Below, piece after piece: positions 19,479 through 29,143 of a stretch of 64,000 nt of DNA; within the stretch, counting starts at the first letter, position 1; the number at the start of each line of letters is the position of its first letter. Location of the stretch: positions 32,001 to 96,000 of the forward strand of contig CAVPOM010000015.1 in NCBI GenBank assembly GCA_963707025.1, written 5' to 3'. Source of the stretch: an uncultured Verrucomicrobiae bacterium (GTDB taxonomy: Bacteria; Verrucomicrobiota; Verrucomicrobiia; Limisphaerales; Palsa-1400). The notes below the pieces were generated by a model. It was not told where the DNA came from. It was given only the letters and a program-made list of their open reading frames with translations, and ran no database searches. The position numbers and the translations under genes are program-made.

Positions 19479-20486
19479 TAGAGCGTTTCCATAAATGATA
19501 TAGCTTGACTGGGGCGAGAGGGCTGGCAGGCTTGAGCCATGCGAGCGATACCCGTGTCTGCGCGCGAGCGCATCCTGCAACTCTATGAACAAGGCAAAAG
19601 CACCCGCGAGATCGCGGACTTTTTCGGCTTTTGCGTGGCGGCGGTGCGCCGGGTCCGGCAGCAGTTCCAAGAGCGCGGCACGCTCCAGCCGCAAACCCAT
19701 TTGTGCGGGCGCAAAACGCTGCTGAACGCCGGACGCCAGGCTCGCCTGCAAAAGCTGGTGGCGGCCCAGCCCGACGCGACGTTGGCCGAGTTGGGGGCGC
19801 GTCTGGACCGCCCTTTCGGGACCTCCACTGTGGATTTGTGGCTGCGCAAACTGGGGTTGAGCTATAAAAAAAACGCTCTGCGCCGCCGAGCAGAACCGTC
19901 CGGACGTGGCCGAAAAGCGGGCCCATTGGCATGAGCGTCTGGCAAGTGACCCACCTGCCCGACTGGTCTTCGTGGATGAAAGCGGGGCCAACACCAAGAT
20001 GACCCGTTTTTGCGGGCGGTCACCCGTGGGCCGAAGACTGGCGGCCCACGTCCCGCAGGGACATTATCAGACCACCACCCTGGTCTGCGCCATTCGTCTG
20101 GCCGGGCCTGCGGCCCCCTGCCTCTTTGAGGGGGCCATGGACGGGGAAATGTTTTTGGCCTGGATCCAGCAGGGGCTGGTGGTGGAGTTGCGCAAGGGTG
20201 ACTTGGTCATCATGGACAACTTGGCCACGCATAAGGTGACCGGAGTCCGCCAAGCCATCGAAGAGGCCGGGGCAACGCTGCTGTATCTGCCGCCCTATTC
20301 GCCAGACTTTAATCCCATCGAAAATATGTGGAGCAAGGTCAAACAAATTATGCGAGGTCTCGCGCCGCGAACCGCCAAGGAACTGCTCCAAGCGGCGAAG
20401 ATTGCCTTTGAAGCCATCTCCACCGCCGATTGCCGGGGCTTCTTTTTAAACGCCCGCTACGCTACATGATTTATGGAAATGCTCTA
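19479..20486 (+). mobile_element. IS630 family insertion sequence
   Basis: TA-GAGCGTTTCCATAAAT ... ATTTATGGAAATGCTC-TA terminal inverted repeats with TA duplication. Confidence 0.92.
19539..20469 (+). CDS. IS630 transposase, two frames joined at the A8 run 19866-19873
   Basis: HTH N-part; VFVDESG, VIMDNLATHK, LYLPPYSPDFNPIE DDE motifs. Confidence 0.9.
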
Positions 20487-20744
20487 GCGGCCCTCTTCCA
20501 CGAAAGACTTGAACTCCTTCCAGGAAATAGGGGGCTTGTCCCCGCGAAAAACGGCGATTTCCCGCTGTAGGGCTTCCAAACCTTCGCCAGCCCGGCGCAC
20601 TGCCGCCAGCGTGCTGCCCGCCGCGGGGATCAGCCGGGCCACAGGTTTCTCATGGCGGGTGATGATGATTTCTTCGCCGCCAACCACCCGGTCCAAAAGC
20701 TCGCCAAACTTGGTTTTTGCTTCAAATGCGGGAACGGTTGCCAT
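20484..20744 (-). CDS. Phd/YefM family antitoxin
   Basis: AFEAKTKFGELLDRV..GEEIIITRHEKPVARLIP. Confidence 0.9.
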   Translation of the reverse strand: MATVPAFEAKTKFGELLDRVVGGEEIIITRHEKPVARLIPAAGSTLAAVRRAGEGLEALQREIAVFRGDKPPISWKEFKSFVEEGR

Positions 20745-20914
20745 ATTTATTGACACTTAAATCAATCGGTTAATTTTGGAAACTCATTTTCCGCCTGCTT
20801 GTTTTGCTTGATTTGCCGGGCCAATGCACCTTGCATTGGGGAAATTAAATCACAACCCATGCGCAAGCCTTTCCCAATCTTGCGGGCGCCCGCCCGCCGG
20901 CAACCATCCCGAAC

Positions 20915-22417
20915 ATGAGCACCCAACGCGTCTGCCTGGCCGTGGACCTCGGCGCCAACAGCGGCCGGGTCCTGGCCGGAATCCATGACGGCGGCCTCCT
21001 GGAATTGCGGGAGCTGGTTCGTTTCTCCAATGACCCGGTCAAGACGGCGGACGGCTGGCATTGGAACATGGAGGCCCTTTTCGCCAGCATCAAAACCGGC
21101 ATCGCCCAGGCCGCGCGCCAATTCGGCCCCGCCCTGGTCTCCGTGGGCGTGGACACCTGGGGCGTGGACTACGCCCTGCTCGACGCCGATGGCAATTTGC
21201 TGGGCGCGCCCTTTCAATATCGCGATGCCCGCACCGGCGGCATGCAGGAGGAAGCCTTCCGCCGAATGCCCGCCCGCGAAATCTACCGCCGCACCGGCAT
21301 TCAGTTCATGTTCTTCAACACCATCTTTCAATTGCTGGCCGAAGCCCGTTCCCCGGCCCGCCTGCTGGAAAAGGCCGGCTGCCTCCTGTTCATCCCGGAC
21401 CTGGTGAATTTTTGGCTGGCCGGCGCCCGCGCCAACGAACGCTCCTTCGCCAGCACCAGTCAATTATATAACCCTCGCGCCCGCGACTGGGACCGCGAGC
21501 TGCTCGCCGCCATGGGCCTGCCCGCCCGCCTCTTCGGCCCGCTGACCGAGGCCGGCACCAGGCTCGGCCCGCTGCGGCCGGAGATTGCGGCGGAGACCGG
21601 CGCCGCCGGCGTGCAAGTCATCGCCCCCGCCGAGCACGACACCGCTTCCGCCGTGGTGGGCGTGCCGGCGGAGGGGGCGGAGCCGGTTTTCCTCAGCTCC
21701 GGCACCTGGTCGGTGTTCGGCCGCGAACTGGCTGCGCCGGTCATCTCCGAAGCGAGCGAAAACGCCAATTTTTCCAACGAAGGCGGCGTCTTTGGCACGA
21801 CCCGCTTTCTGAAAAACATCGCCGGCATGTGGCTCCTGCAGGAATGCAAACGCGCCTGGGACGCCGCCGGAAAAACAACCGCCTACGAATCCCTCGCCGC
21901 CCAAGCCGCCCAGGCCCCGCCGTTTGCCGCGTTGATTGATCCCGACGCTCCCGAATTCCAGGCCCCGGCCGACATGCCCGGCGCCATCGCCGCCTTTTGC
22001 CGCCGCACCGGCCAGACCGCGCCGGCGGAAACCGGCGCGTTCACCCGCATGATTCTGGAAAGTCTGGCCTTGAAGTATCGGCGGACCACGGAACTTTTGG
22101 CGCAGGTGACGGCCCAGCCCGTCTCCGCCATTCACATTGTCGGCGGCGGCTCGCAGAACCATCTTCTCAACCAATTTGCCGCCGACGCGACCGCCTGCCG
22201 CATCGTGGCCGGCCCGGTGGAAGCCACCTCCATTGGCAACATCCTCATGCAACTTTACGCCTTGGGCGCGATCGGTTCATTGGCCGAAGGCCGCGCCCTG
22301 ACCCGCCGTTCCTTTGCCACAAAGACCTTCGAGCCGCGCGCCACCGCCGCCTGGGACAAAGCTTACACGCGTTTCCAAAAATTCCTGCCGCCGGCAGGAA
22401 GACGGGCCGCTTCCTAA
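20915..22417 (+). CDS. rhaB: Rhamnulokinase (FGGY family)
   Basis: LAVDLGANSGR, DTWGVDYALL, YRDART, HDTASA, SSGTWS, NEGG..RFLKNIAGMW. Confidence 0.9.
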   Translation: MSTQRVCLAVDLGANSGRVLAGIHDGGLLELRELVRFSNDPVKTADGWHWNMEALFASIKTGIAQAARQFGPALVSVGVDTWGVDYALLDADGNLLGAPFQYRDARTGGMQEEAFRRMPAREIYRRTGIQFMFFNTIFQLLAEARSPARLLEKAGCLLFIPDLVNFWLAGARANERSFASTSQLYNPRARDWDRELLAAMGLPARLFGPLTEAGTRLGPLRPEIAAETGAAGVQVIAPAEHDTASAVVGVPAEGAEPVFLSSGTWSVFGRELAAPVISEASENANFSNEGGVFGTTRFLKNIAGMWLLQECKRAWDAAGKTTAYESLAAQAAQAPPFAALIDPDAPEFQAPADMPGAIAAFCRRTGQTAPAETGAFTRMILESLALKYRRTTELLAQVTAQPVSAIHIVGGGSQNHLLNQFAADATACRIVAGPVEATSIGNILMQLYALGAIGSLAEGRALTRRSFATKTFEPRATAAWDKAYTRFQKFLPPAGRRAAS

Positions 22418-22492
22418 TCTTAATCCTAATCCTAATCTTAATCTCCTCCCCGCAATAATGGATTAAGATTAAGATTAGGATTAAGATTAAGA
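22415..22492. repeat. (TAATCY)n/(RGATTA)n tandem-repeat hairpin
   Basis: About five hexamers followed by about five inverse hexamers; starts at the rhaB stop. Confidence 0.85.
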
Positions 22493-22589
22493 GGAATGGG
22501 ACGAGGCCAATGCCCCCCGCGCCGCCGCTTTGGTTGGCGCCGCGGCAATTCCTTTGCAAAATGGCGCGCGAAACCTTACGCTGCCCGCC

Positions 22590-23471
22590 ATGTTTACTGG
22601 AACTTACACGGCCATTGTCACCCCTTTCAAAAATGGCGAGATTGACGCCGACGCCCTCCGCCGCCTGGTCCGCGCGCAAATCAACGCGGGGGTGGACGGC
22701 ATTGTGCCGGTGGGCACGACCGGCGAATCTGCCACCCTGGATTATGAGGAGCATATCGAAGTCATTGCCTACGCGGTGGAATTTGCCGAGGGCCGGATCC
22801 AAGTCCTGGCCGGCACCGGCTCCAACTCCACCAGCGAGGCGGTCTATCTGAGCAAAGGGGCGGAAAAAGTGGGGGCCGACGCCTCCCTCCAGGTCGCTCC
22901 CTATTACAACAAGCCCACCCAGGAGGGCCTTTACCAGCATTTCCTGGAAATCAGCCGCGCCAGCAAGCTGCCCATTATACTGTACAGCATCCCCTCCCGC
23001 ACCGGCGTGGAAATCGCGGTGGACACCGTTCGCCGCCTGGCCGCGGCCACGCCCCGCATCGTCGGCATCAAGGAAGCCGGCGGCAACCCCGACCGCGTTA
23101 CCCAGTTGCGCGCCGCCCTGGGCAAGAATTTCACCATCCTCTCCGGCGACGACTCGTTGACCCTGCCCTTCATGGCCCTGGGCGCCCACGGAGTCATCAG
23201 CGTCGCCTCCAACATCATCCCCCGGCCCGTGGCCCACCTGGTCCGCGCCGCCGCCGCCGGTGATTACGCCAGGGCGCGCAAGCTGCACGATCAATTCCAT
23301 CCCCTGTTCCGCGATTTATTCCTCGAAACCAATCCCATTCCCGTCAAAGCCGCCCTGGCCATGATGGGGCAAATCGAAGAAGAATACCGCTCGCCCCTGG
23401 TTCCGATGAACCCGAAAAACCGCGGCCTTCTCAAAGCCACCCTCGCCCGCTGCGGCCTTCTCTCCCAATGA
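22590..23471 (+). CDS. dapA: 4-hydroxy-tetrahydrodipicolinate synthase
   Basis: GTTGES, APYYNKP, LYSIP.RTG, GIKEA, ETNPIPVK. Confidence 0.95.
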   Translation: MFTGTYTAIVTPFKNGEIDADALRRLVRAQINAGVDGIVPVGTTGESATLDYEEHIEVIAYAVEFAEGRIQVLAGTGSNSTSEAVYLSKGAEKVGADASLQVAPYYNKPTQEGLYQHFLEISRASKLPIILYSIPSRTGVEIAVDTVRRLAAATPRIVGIKEAGGNPDRVTQLRAALGKNFTILSGDDSLTLPFMALGAHGVISVASNIIPRPVAHLVRAAAAGDYARARKLHDQFHPLFRDLFLETNPIPVKAALAMMGQIEEEYRSPLVPMNPKNRGLLKATLARCGLLSQ

Positions 23472-24202
23472 CCCGCCTCATCATCGCCGGCGCCAAGGGC
23501 CGCATGGGCCAGGCCCTGCTGCGCTGCTCCCAAGCCGACCCCGGCCTGGCCATCGCCGCCCAGTTCGATCTGGGGCAGGACCTGCGCCAGTTTATCGCGG
23601 GCGGCGACGTGGTCATTGATTTTACCTTCCACCAAAGCACAGGCCCGCTGGCCGGAATCTGCGCCGAACACAAAAAACCCATGGTCATCGGCACCACCGG
23701 CCATACCGACACCGAACAACAGGAGCTGATCCGGCTCTCCGCGCTAATCCCGCTGGTCTGGAGCGCGAATTTTTCCACCGGCGTCAACGCGTTATTTTGG
23801 TTGACACGCAAGGCGGCCGAAATTCTGGGGCCGGAATTCGACGTGGAAATCATCGAAATGCACCATCGCTTGAAGAAGGACGCCCCCAGCGGCACGGCCA
23901 AAAAGCTGGCCCAAATCGTCGCGGCCGCGCGCCGCCAGCCGCCCGCCGCCCTGCTCCGTCATGGCCGGGAGGGTTTGGTGGGCGAGCGCACCCGCGGCGA
24001 AATCGGCCTCCACTCCCTGCGCGGCGGCGATGTCGTGGGCGATCACACCGTCCTTTTCGCCGCGGCGGGGGAACGGCTGGAGTTGACCCACAAAGCCTCC
24101 AACCGCGAGACCTTTGCCAGCGGCGCCTTGCGCGCCGCCCAATGGGTCGTTGGAAAAAAACCCGGCATCTATGATATGCAGGACGTTTTGGGCCTGCGTT
24201 AG
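23468..24202 (+). CDS. dapB: 4-hydroxy-tetrahydrodipicolinate reductase
   Basis: GAKGRMG, IGTTG, EMHHRLKKDAPSGTA. Confidence 0.95.
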   Translation: MTRLIIAGAKGRMGQALLRCSQADPGLAIAAQFDLGQDLRQFIAGGDVVIDFTFHQSTGPLAGICAEHKKPMVIGTTGHTDTEQQELIRLSALIPLVWSANFSTGVNALFWLTRKAAEILGPEFDVEIIEMHHRLKKDAPSGTAKKLAQIVAAARRQPPAALLRHGREGLVGERTRGEIGLHSLRGGDVVGDHTVLFAAAGERLELTHKASNRETFASGALRAAQWVVGKKPGIYDMQDVLGLR

Positions 24203-24291
24203 CTCCGGACTTCCCGATGTCCCCTTCCCCGCAATCGCCAATCCGCCATAGTTCCGCACAACGGGATGACGGCGGAAATCCGCAATCCTCA

Positions 24292-24808
24292 ATGGCCTTC
24301 GTGGCCCTGGGCTCCAATCTGGGCGACCGGCGCCAGAACGTCCTCCGCGCCCTCCTCCTGTTGCAAGCCCTCTCCGACAGGCCGCTGCTCCGCTCCTCCC
24401 TGTGGGAAACCACCCCGGTGGACTGCCCGCCCGGCTCGCCCCGCTTCATCAACGCCGTGGCCGGCCTGGTGCCGCGCGCCGCCGAAACCCCGCGCTCCTT
24501 GGTGGCCGGCTTGCAGTCCCTGGAAAAAAAAATCGGACGCCCGCCCAAAAAAATCCTCAATGAACCCCGCGTGATTGACCTGGATTTGATCGCTTTTGGC
24601 GGGCAAATCCTGGCCGCGCCCGAACTTGGTCCTGCCCCATCCGCGCGCCCACCTGCGCCGCTTCGTCCTGCAGCCACTCGGCGAAATTGCGCCGGACTGC
24701 ATTCTCCCCGGCCAGGACAAAACCGTGGCGGAATTGCTGCAAGCGCTGGATTCGTCCGAAACCCTCCGGCGCGTACCCGATCCGTCTCCCCAAGCCAACC
24801 CCATCTAA
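24292..24808 (+). CDS. folK: HPPK, frameshift near 24628
   Basis: ALGSNLGDR..PRVIDLDLI, then LVLPHPRAHLRRFVLQPL in another frame. Confidence 0.88.
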
Positions 24809-24861
24809 TCCCATTCTTAATCTTAATCTTAATCCTAATCTTAATCCTAATCCTAATCCTA
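24806..24861 (+). repeat. (TAATCY)n tandem repeat
   Basis: About 7 hexamers after the folK stop. Confidence 0.85.
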
Positions 24862-24880
24862 TGGCGAAGGCCTCTTCATT

Positions 24881-25450
24881 ATGACGGCCATTTCGGACAA
24901 AACGATCATCGTGTGCTGGGTCCTTTTCATCCTGTATTGGATCGTCAGCGCGCGCGCCCTCAAACCGGCCGCCGAGCGGCAAAGCCGGTTGTCCAGTTTT
25001 GCAAATCGCCTCCCTCTCGGTCTGGGCTACTTTCTCCTTTTGTTCCGGGGCCTGCCCTATCCGCTCAACCGGGCGCTGACACCGGAGACGGGGCCGGCGC
25101 GGGCCGTCGGGGCCGTCCTTTGCCTGCTGGGGTTGGTGGTGGCGATCTGGTCGCGCCGGACCCTGGCCGGCAATTGGAGCAGCAACGTCACCTTCAGGCA
25201 GGGCCACCAACTCATTCAAACCGGGCCGTACCGCTTCGCCCGGCATCCCATCTATTCCGGCCTGCTCGGGATGAGTCTGGGCACCGCCCTCGCGGGCGGA
25301 CAACTTCGCTCCTGGCTCGGGTTTCTGGCCGTAGGCGCCGCCCTGTGGATCAAACTCACCCAGGAAGAATCTCTGATGCTGCGGCACTTTCCCGACACTT
25401 ATTCTTCCTACCGTGTCCGCGTCAAAGCCATCGTCCCGTTTATCCTCTAA
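24881..25450 (+). CDS. Isoprenylcysteine carboxyl methyltransferase family membrane protein
   Basis: LAGNWS, LIQTGPYRFARHPIYSG, EESLM..F..Y..Y. Confidence 0.88.
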   Translation: MTAISDKTIIVCWVLFILYWIVSARALKPAAERQSRLSSFANRLPLGLGYFLLLFRGLPYPLNRALTPETGPARAVGAVLCLLGLVVAIWSRRTLAGNWSSNVTFRQGHQLIQTGPYRFARHPIYSGLLGMSLGTALAGGQLRSWLGFLAVGAALWIKLTQEESLMLRHFPDTYSSYRVRVKAIVPFIL

Positions 25451-25537
25451 AAGCTCCACCCCTTCCTTGATGAAGGCCAATTCCTTAAGACCGGTTCGTT
25501 GACCCATTCGTCAGACAGCGGCCCCTTTCATGCGGTC

Positions 25538-27814
25538 ATGCAAGCCCCAACCAACATCACCAACCCAGGCGCCAAAAGCCCCGGCGCGGCGCGGGACCGG
25601 CTCTTGGCGCTCGGATTGTTTGCGGCCGTGCTGCTGGCCTATCAGCCCGCTTGGAACGGGCAGCCGGTTTGGGACGATGACGCCCATCTCATCCCACCGG
25701 CCTTGCAGTCCTGGAAAGGCCTGGAAAATATCTGGTTTCAACCCGGAACCACCCCGCAGTTTTATCCGCTGGTTTCCAGTGTGTTCTGGCTGGAACAGAA
25801 GCTCTGGGCCTATGCCATGCCCGGCTACCACCTGGTCAACATCCTCCTCCATCTGGCCTCCGCCCTGCTGCTGGTCAAGGTCTTGCGCCGGCTGGAGGTG
25901 CCCGGGCCGTGGCTGGGCGCGGCGCTCTGGGCGCTGCATCCGGTGCAGGCCGAGTCGGTGGCCTGGATGTCGGAACTGAAAAACACCCTGTCGGGCCTGT
26001 GCTATTTCGCCAGCGCGCTGGCTTATCTGCGGTTTGACCGGGAAAGGAAGGCGGCGTTTTACCTGGCAGCGCTGGCTTTGTTCGGGGCCGGACTGCTGGC
26101 CAAGTCGGTCATTGCCACCTTGCCGGCGGCGCTGCTGCTGGTGTTTTGGTGGAAACGGAAAAAGCTGCGGTGGCACGAGGATATTCTGCCGCTGGCGCCG
26201 TTTTTTGTCGTGGGCATTGGCCTGGGATTGTTCACCGCGTGGCTCGAACGGACTTTCGTTATCGGATCGGCCCAGGCCGTCTCACCCCTTTCCCTCCTGG
26301 ACCGCCTTCTGCTCGCCGGCCGGGCCGTCTGGTTTTACCTTGGAAAACTGGCCTGGCCGCATCCGCTGATTTTCATTTATCCCCGCTGGGAGGTGAGCGC
26401 GGCCGTCTGGTGGCAATTCCTCTTTCCCGGCGCGGCGCTGCTCCTGGCGGCGGGATTGTGGCGTGGGCGGCGCCGTGCGGGGGTTGGGCCGCTGGTGGCG
26501 CTGCTCTTTTTTGCCGGGACCCTCTTTCCGGCGCTGGGCTTTTTTGATCTCTATCCATTTCGTTATTCGTTTGTCGCCGACCATTTTCAATATCTGGCCT
26601 GCCTGGGCCCGCTGGCCCTGGCGGCGGCGGCCATCGAGCGCGTCTTGCGCCGGGTGGCCCATCGAACCTCCATTTTGCAACCAACCTGTTGCGCGGCCTT
26701 GCTGGCGGTCCTGGGCGCGTTGACCTGGCTGCAATGCGGCCAGTATGCCGGCCTGGAAACCCTCTGGCGGGCCACTCTGGCCAGAAACCCAGGCTGCTGG
26801 ATGGCCCACGACAATCTCGGCAATGTACTGGCCCGCCAAGGAAATGTCCCCGACGCCATCGCCCAATTCCGGCAAGCCCTGGCCCTCAACCCTGCCGATG
26901 CCGAAGCCCATTACGACCTGGGCAGCGCGCTGACCCGGCGGGGAGACGCCGGGGAAGCCATCCGCCAATACCGGCAAGCCCTGGCCCTCAACCCCGGCTG
27001 GGCCGAGGCCCGCAACAACCTGGGCGTGACCCTGGCCCATCTCGGCCGCACCGAGGAAGCCATCGCCCAATACCGCCAAGCCTTGCAAACCAGACCCAAC
27101 GATGTCAGCACGATCAACAACCTGGCCAATGCCCTCTCCCAGCAGGGCCGCCTGGAGGAAGCACTCGCCCAATACCGCCGGGCCTTGCGCCTCGCCCCCG
27201 ACAATGCCGATGTCAACAATAACCTCGGCAAAGCCCTTCTCCGCACCGGGGATCTGGACGCGGCCATGGCCTGCCTCCAAAAAGCCGCCCCGCTGAGTCC
27301 GGACCCGGCGCAAAGATGGTATAACCTCGGCAACGACCTCCTTGAAAACGAGAATTGGGACCAGGCCATTGCCTGCTACGGCAAGGCCTTGTCCCTCCAG
27401 CCCCGCCTGGCCGACGCTCAGGCCAACCTCGGTCTGGCTTTCCTCAAGAATGGCCAAACCAACCAGGCCATTGCTTCATGGCAACTGGCTCTGGCCCTCC
27501 AACCCGGCCTGCTCAAAGTCCAGAACCGGCTGGCCTGGTTGCTGGCCACCGCCTCCGATGCCTCCTTCCGCGACGGCGCCAAAGCCGTCGCCCTGGCCGG
27601 GCAGGCCAATCAGTTGACTGCGGGCGGCGATCCCATCCTCCTGCGCACACTGGCCGCCGCCTATGCCGAGGCCGGGCGTTATGAGGACGCCGTCGCCACC
27701 GCCCGCAAGGCCCTCACCCAGGCCCAAGCGCAAAACAACGGCAAGCTGGCCGCCACACTGCAAGAGGAAATCAAACTCTTTCAGGCCGCCCGCCCCCTCC
27801 GTGAAACCCAATAG
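25538..27814 (+). CDS. TMTC-like GT-C membrane protein with C-terminal TPRs
   Basis: WDD, YHLVNILLH, HPVQAESVAW..E, ADHFQYL, multiple TPRs. Confidence 0.85.
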   Translation: MQAPTNITNPGAKSPGAARDRLLALGLFAAVLLAYQPAWNGQPVWDDDAHLIPPALQSWKGLENIWFQPGTTPQFYPLVSSVFWLEQKLWAYAMPGYHLVNILLHLASALLLVKVLRRLEVPGPWLGAALWALHPVQAESVAWMSELKNTLSGLCYFASALAYLRFDRERKAAFYLAALALFGAGLLAKSVIATLPAALLLVFWWKRKKLRWHEDILPLAPFFVVGIGLGLFTAWLERTFVIGSAQAVSPLSLLDRLLLAGRAVWFYLGKLAWPHPLIFIYPRWEVSAAVWWQFLFPGAALLLAAGLWRGRRRAGVGPLVALLFFAGTLFPALGFFDLYPFRYSFVADHFQYLACLGPLALAAAAIERVLRRVAHRTSILQPTCCAALLAVLGALTWLQCGQYAGLETLWRATLARNPGCWMAHDNLGNVLARQGNVPDAIAQFRQALALNPADAEAHYDLGSALTRRGDAGEAIRQYRQALALNPGWAEARNNLGVTLAHLGRTEEAIAQYRQALQTRPNDVSTINNLANALSQQGRLEEALAQYRRALRLAPDNADVNNNLGKALLRTGDLDAAMACLQKAAPLSPDPAQRWYNLGNDLLENENWDQAIACYGKALSLQPRLADAQANLGLAFLKNGQTNQAIASWQLALALQPGLLKVQNRLAWLLATASDASFRDGAKAVALAGQANQLTAGGDPILLRTLAAAYAEAGRYEDAVATARKALTQAQAQNNGKLAATLQEEIKLFQAARPLRETQ

Positions 27815-27939
27815 AGCGGTTTAAGAAATGATGTAGCCGAAACGAGGGAGGTAGGGCGCGCACTCCGTGCGCGCCGCGGCGGGCAGCGGAGTGCCCGCCC
27901 TGCCGCGTGCTGCGGCTACAGTTTTCTTGAAATGCTCTA
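27812..27939. mobile_element. 128-bp MITE with IS630-like ends carrying a REP hairpin
   Basis: TA-GAGCGGTTTAAGAAA ... TTTCTTGAAATGCTC-TA; internal TGTAGCCG...CGGCTACA. Confidence 0.65.
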
Positions 27940-28021
27940 GCCCGAGGGGCCGCCCGAGGGATCAGTCCTGGAGGGCTGCACAATTTCTTAAACGCCTTAA
28001 ACCATTCAAAGCGTTGCCGCC

Positions 28022-28242
28022 CAATCCCAACGGGATTGAATCTATCAGCCCAGTGTTGCGAGCAACGAGCTGCGCTGGGTGAAAAGACCGATGAACCACT
28101 ACCCTGAATAGGTTGAATCTCTTTCGTAAGCCTTTGTGGGGCAACCCATTCAGGGTATTGGAACTTGCCTGCAATAACCCAGGGTAGTCCCGCTCGGAAT
28201 CGGGCCAACCCTGGGCTATATGATTCAATCCCTTCGGGATTG
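28022..28242. repeat. REPIN-like nested palindrome, copy 2
   Basis: Same termini and architecture as 9881-10099. Confidence 0.85.
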
Positions 28243-28419
28243 AAGACCGGGCCATTTGTAGCGAGCGCAAAGCCGGCATGTTTTATCCACTGAGAACAGC
28301 GAAGAACCTGCGCAAGCCGCGCAAGTGGCTCATGATCAGGACCTTGCCAAAATCCGCATTTTCCGTTGACAACTTGTACTTAAATGCTATTCTTGCCTGA
28401 GTTATGAGGGCGGTTTCTA

Positions 28420-29135
28420 TGGAGCGCGGGAAGGCCGGGCCCGCTTTTGGATTGGGAGCGATTTGCAGAGAGCAAAGCGGTGCCGGCCCGTCGGCACACT
28501 CCAAAGCGTCAGCGGTTCCATGTCCAATCCCGGCCCTGCCGGGACCCCGAGGTTTCACCCCTCAAAATCCTGTGCCTCCCGTTCATCCTGTCTCCGAAGC
28601 AACCGTGCTGCGCCAATTTGTCGCACCCATGAATTCCTTATCGCTGTCGCCCCCTTCCCATCTTGCTTTTCCTGTCCACCGTCCTGTCCTCCGTAAGCCC
28701 TGTGGAGGAGGAAGGCCCGGCGAAGGTGGAAGGCCCTGCGGAGGAGGAGGATGCCTTCCGCATTTGTCCCCCGCCGGTCAAACCGGTCAAACCCGGTCAA
28801 ACCATTTTTTAACCTTGACCATGCCCATCACTCCACCACTCCATCACTCCACCACTCCGTCCGGACTTCGGGGTTCGCATATTTCGCGGTTCAAAACCAC
28901 CGCCAGGTTTTCACTTCGATTTCACTTAATTTCACTTAATTTCAACCAGTTTCACCTAGTTTCACCTAATTTCGCTTCCCGGCCCCCCGGGGGGACCCCC
29001 ATGCATCCAACGACATTGATCCTCAAATTCGCGGATTCCTCCCATTTTGCATTCTGCCTTCTGCCTTCTGCATTTTCTGCGCCCGCCGCTCCGCCGCATT
29101 TATTATTTTGCATTTTGCCTTTTGCCTTTAACATC
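28420..29135. repeat. Mosaic of short tandem repeats and REP-like palindromes
   Basis: CCGGTCAAA x3, CACTCCAY x4, TTTCACYTAA x5, TTYTGCMT xn, GGAGGAGGA duplication. Confidence 0.75.
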
Positions 29136-29143
29136 CCGCGCAC

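Noticed and set aside
24217..25470. 417-aa extended FolK with a poly-IL stretch
   Set aside because: Read-through from the folK frameshift into the TAATCY repeat.
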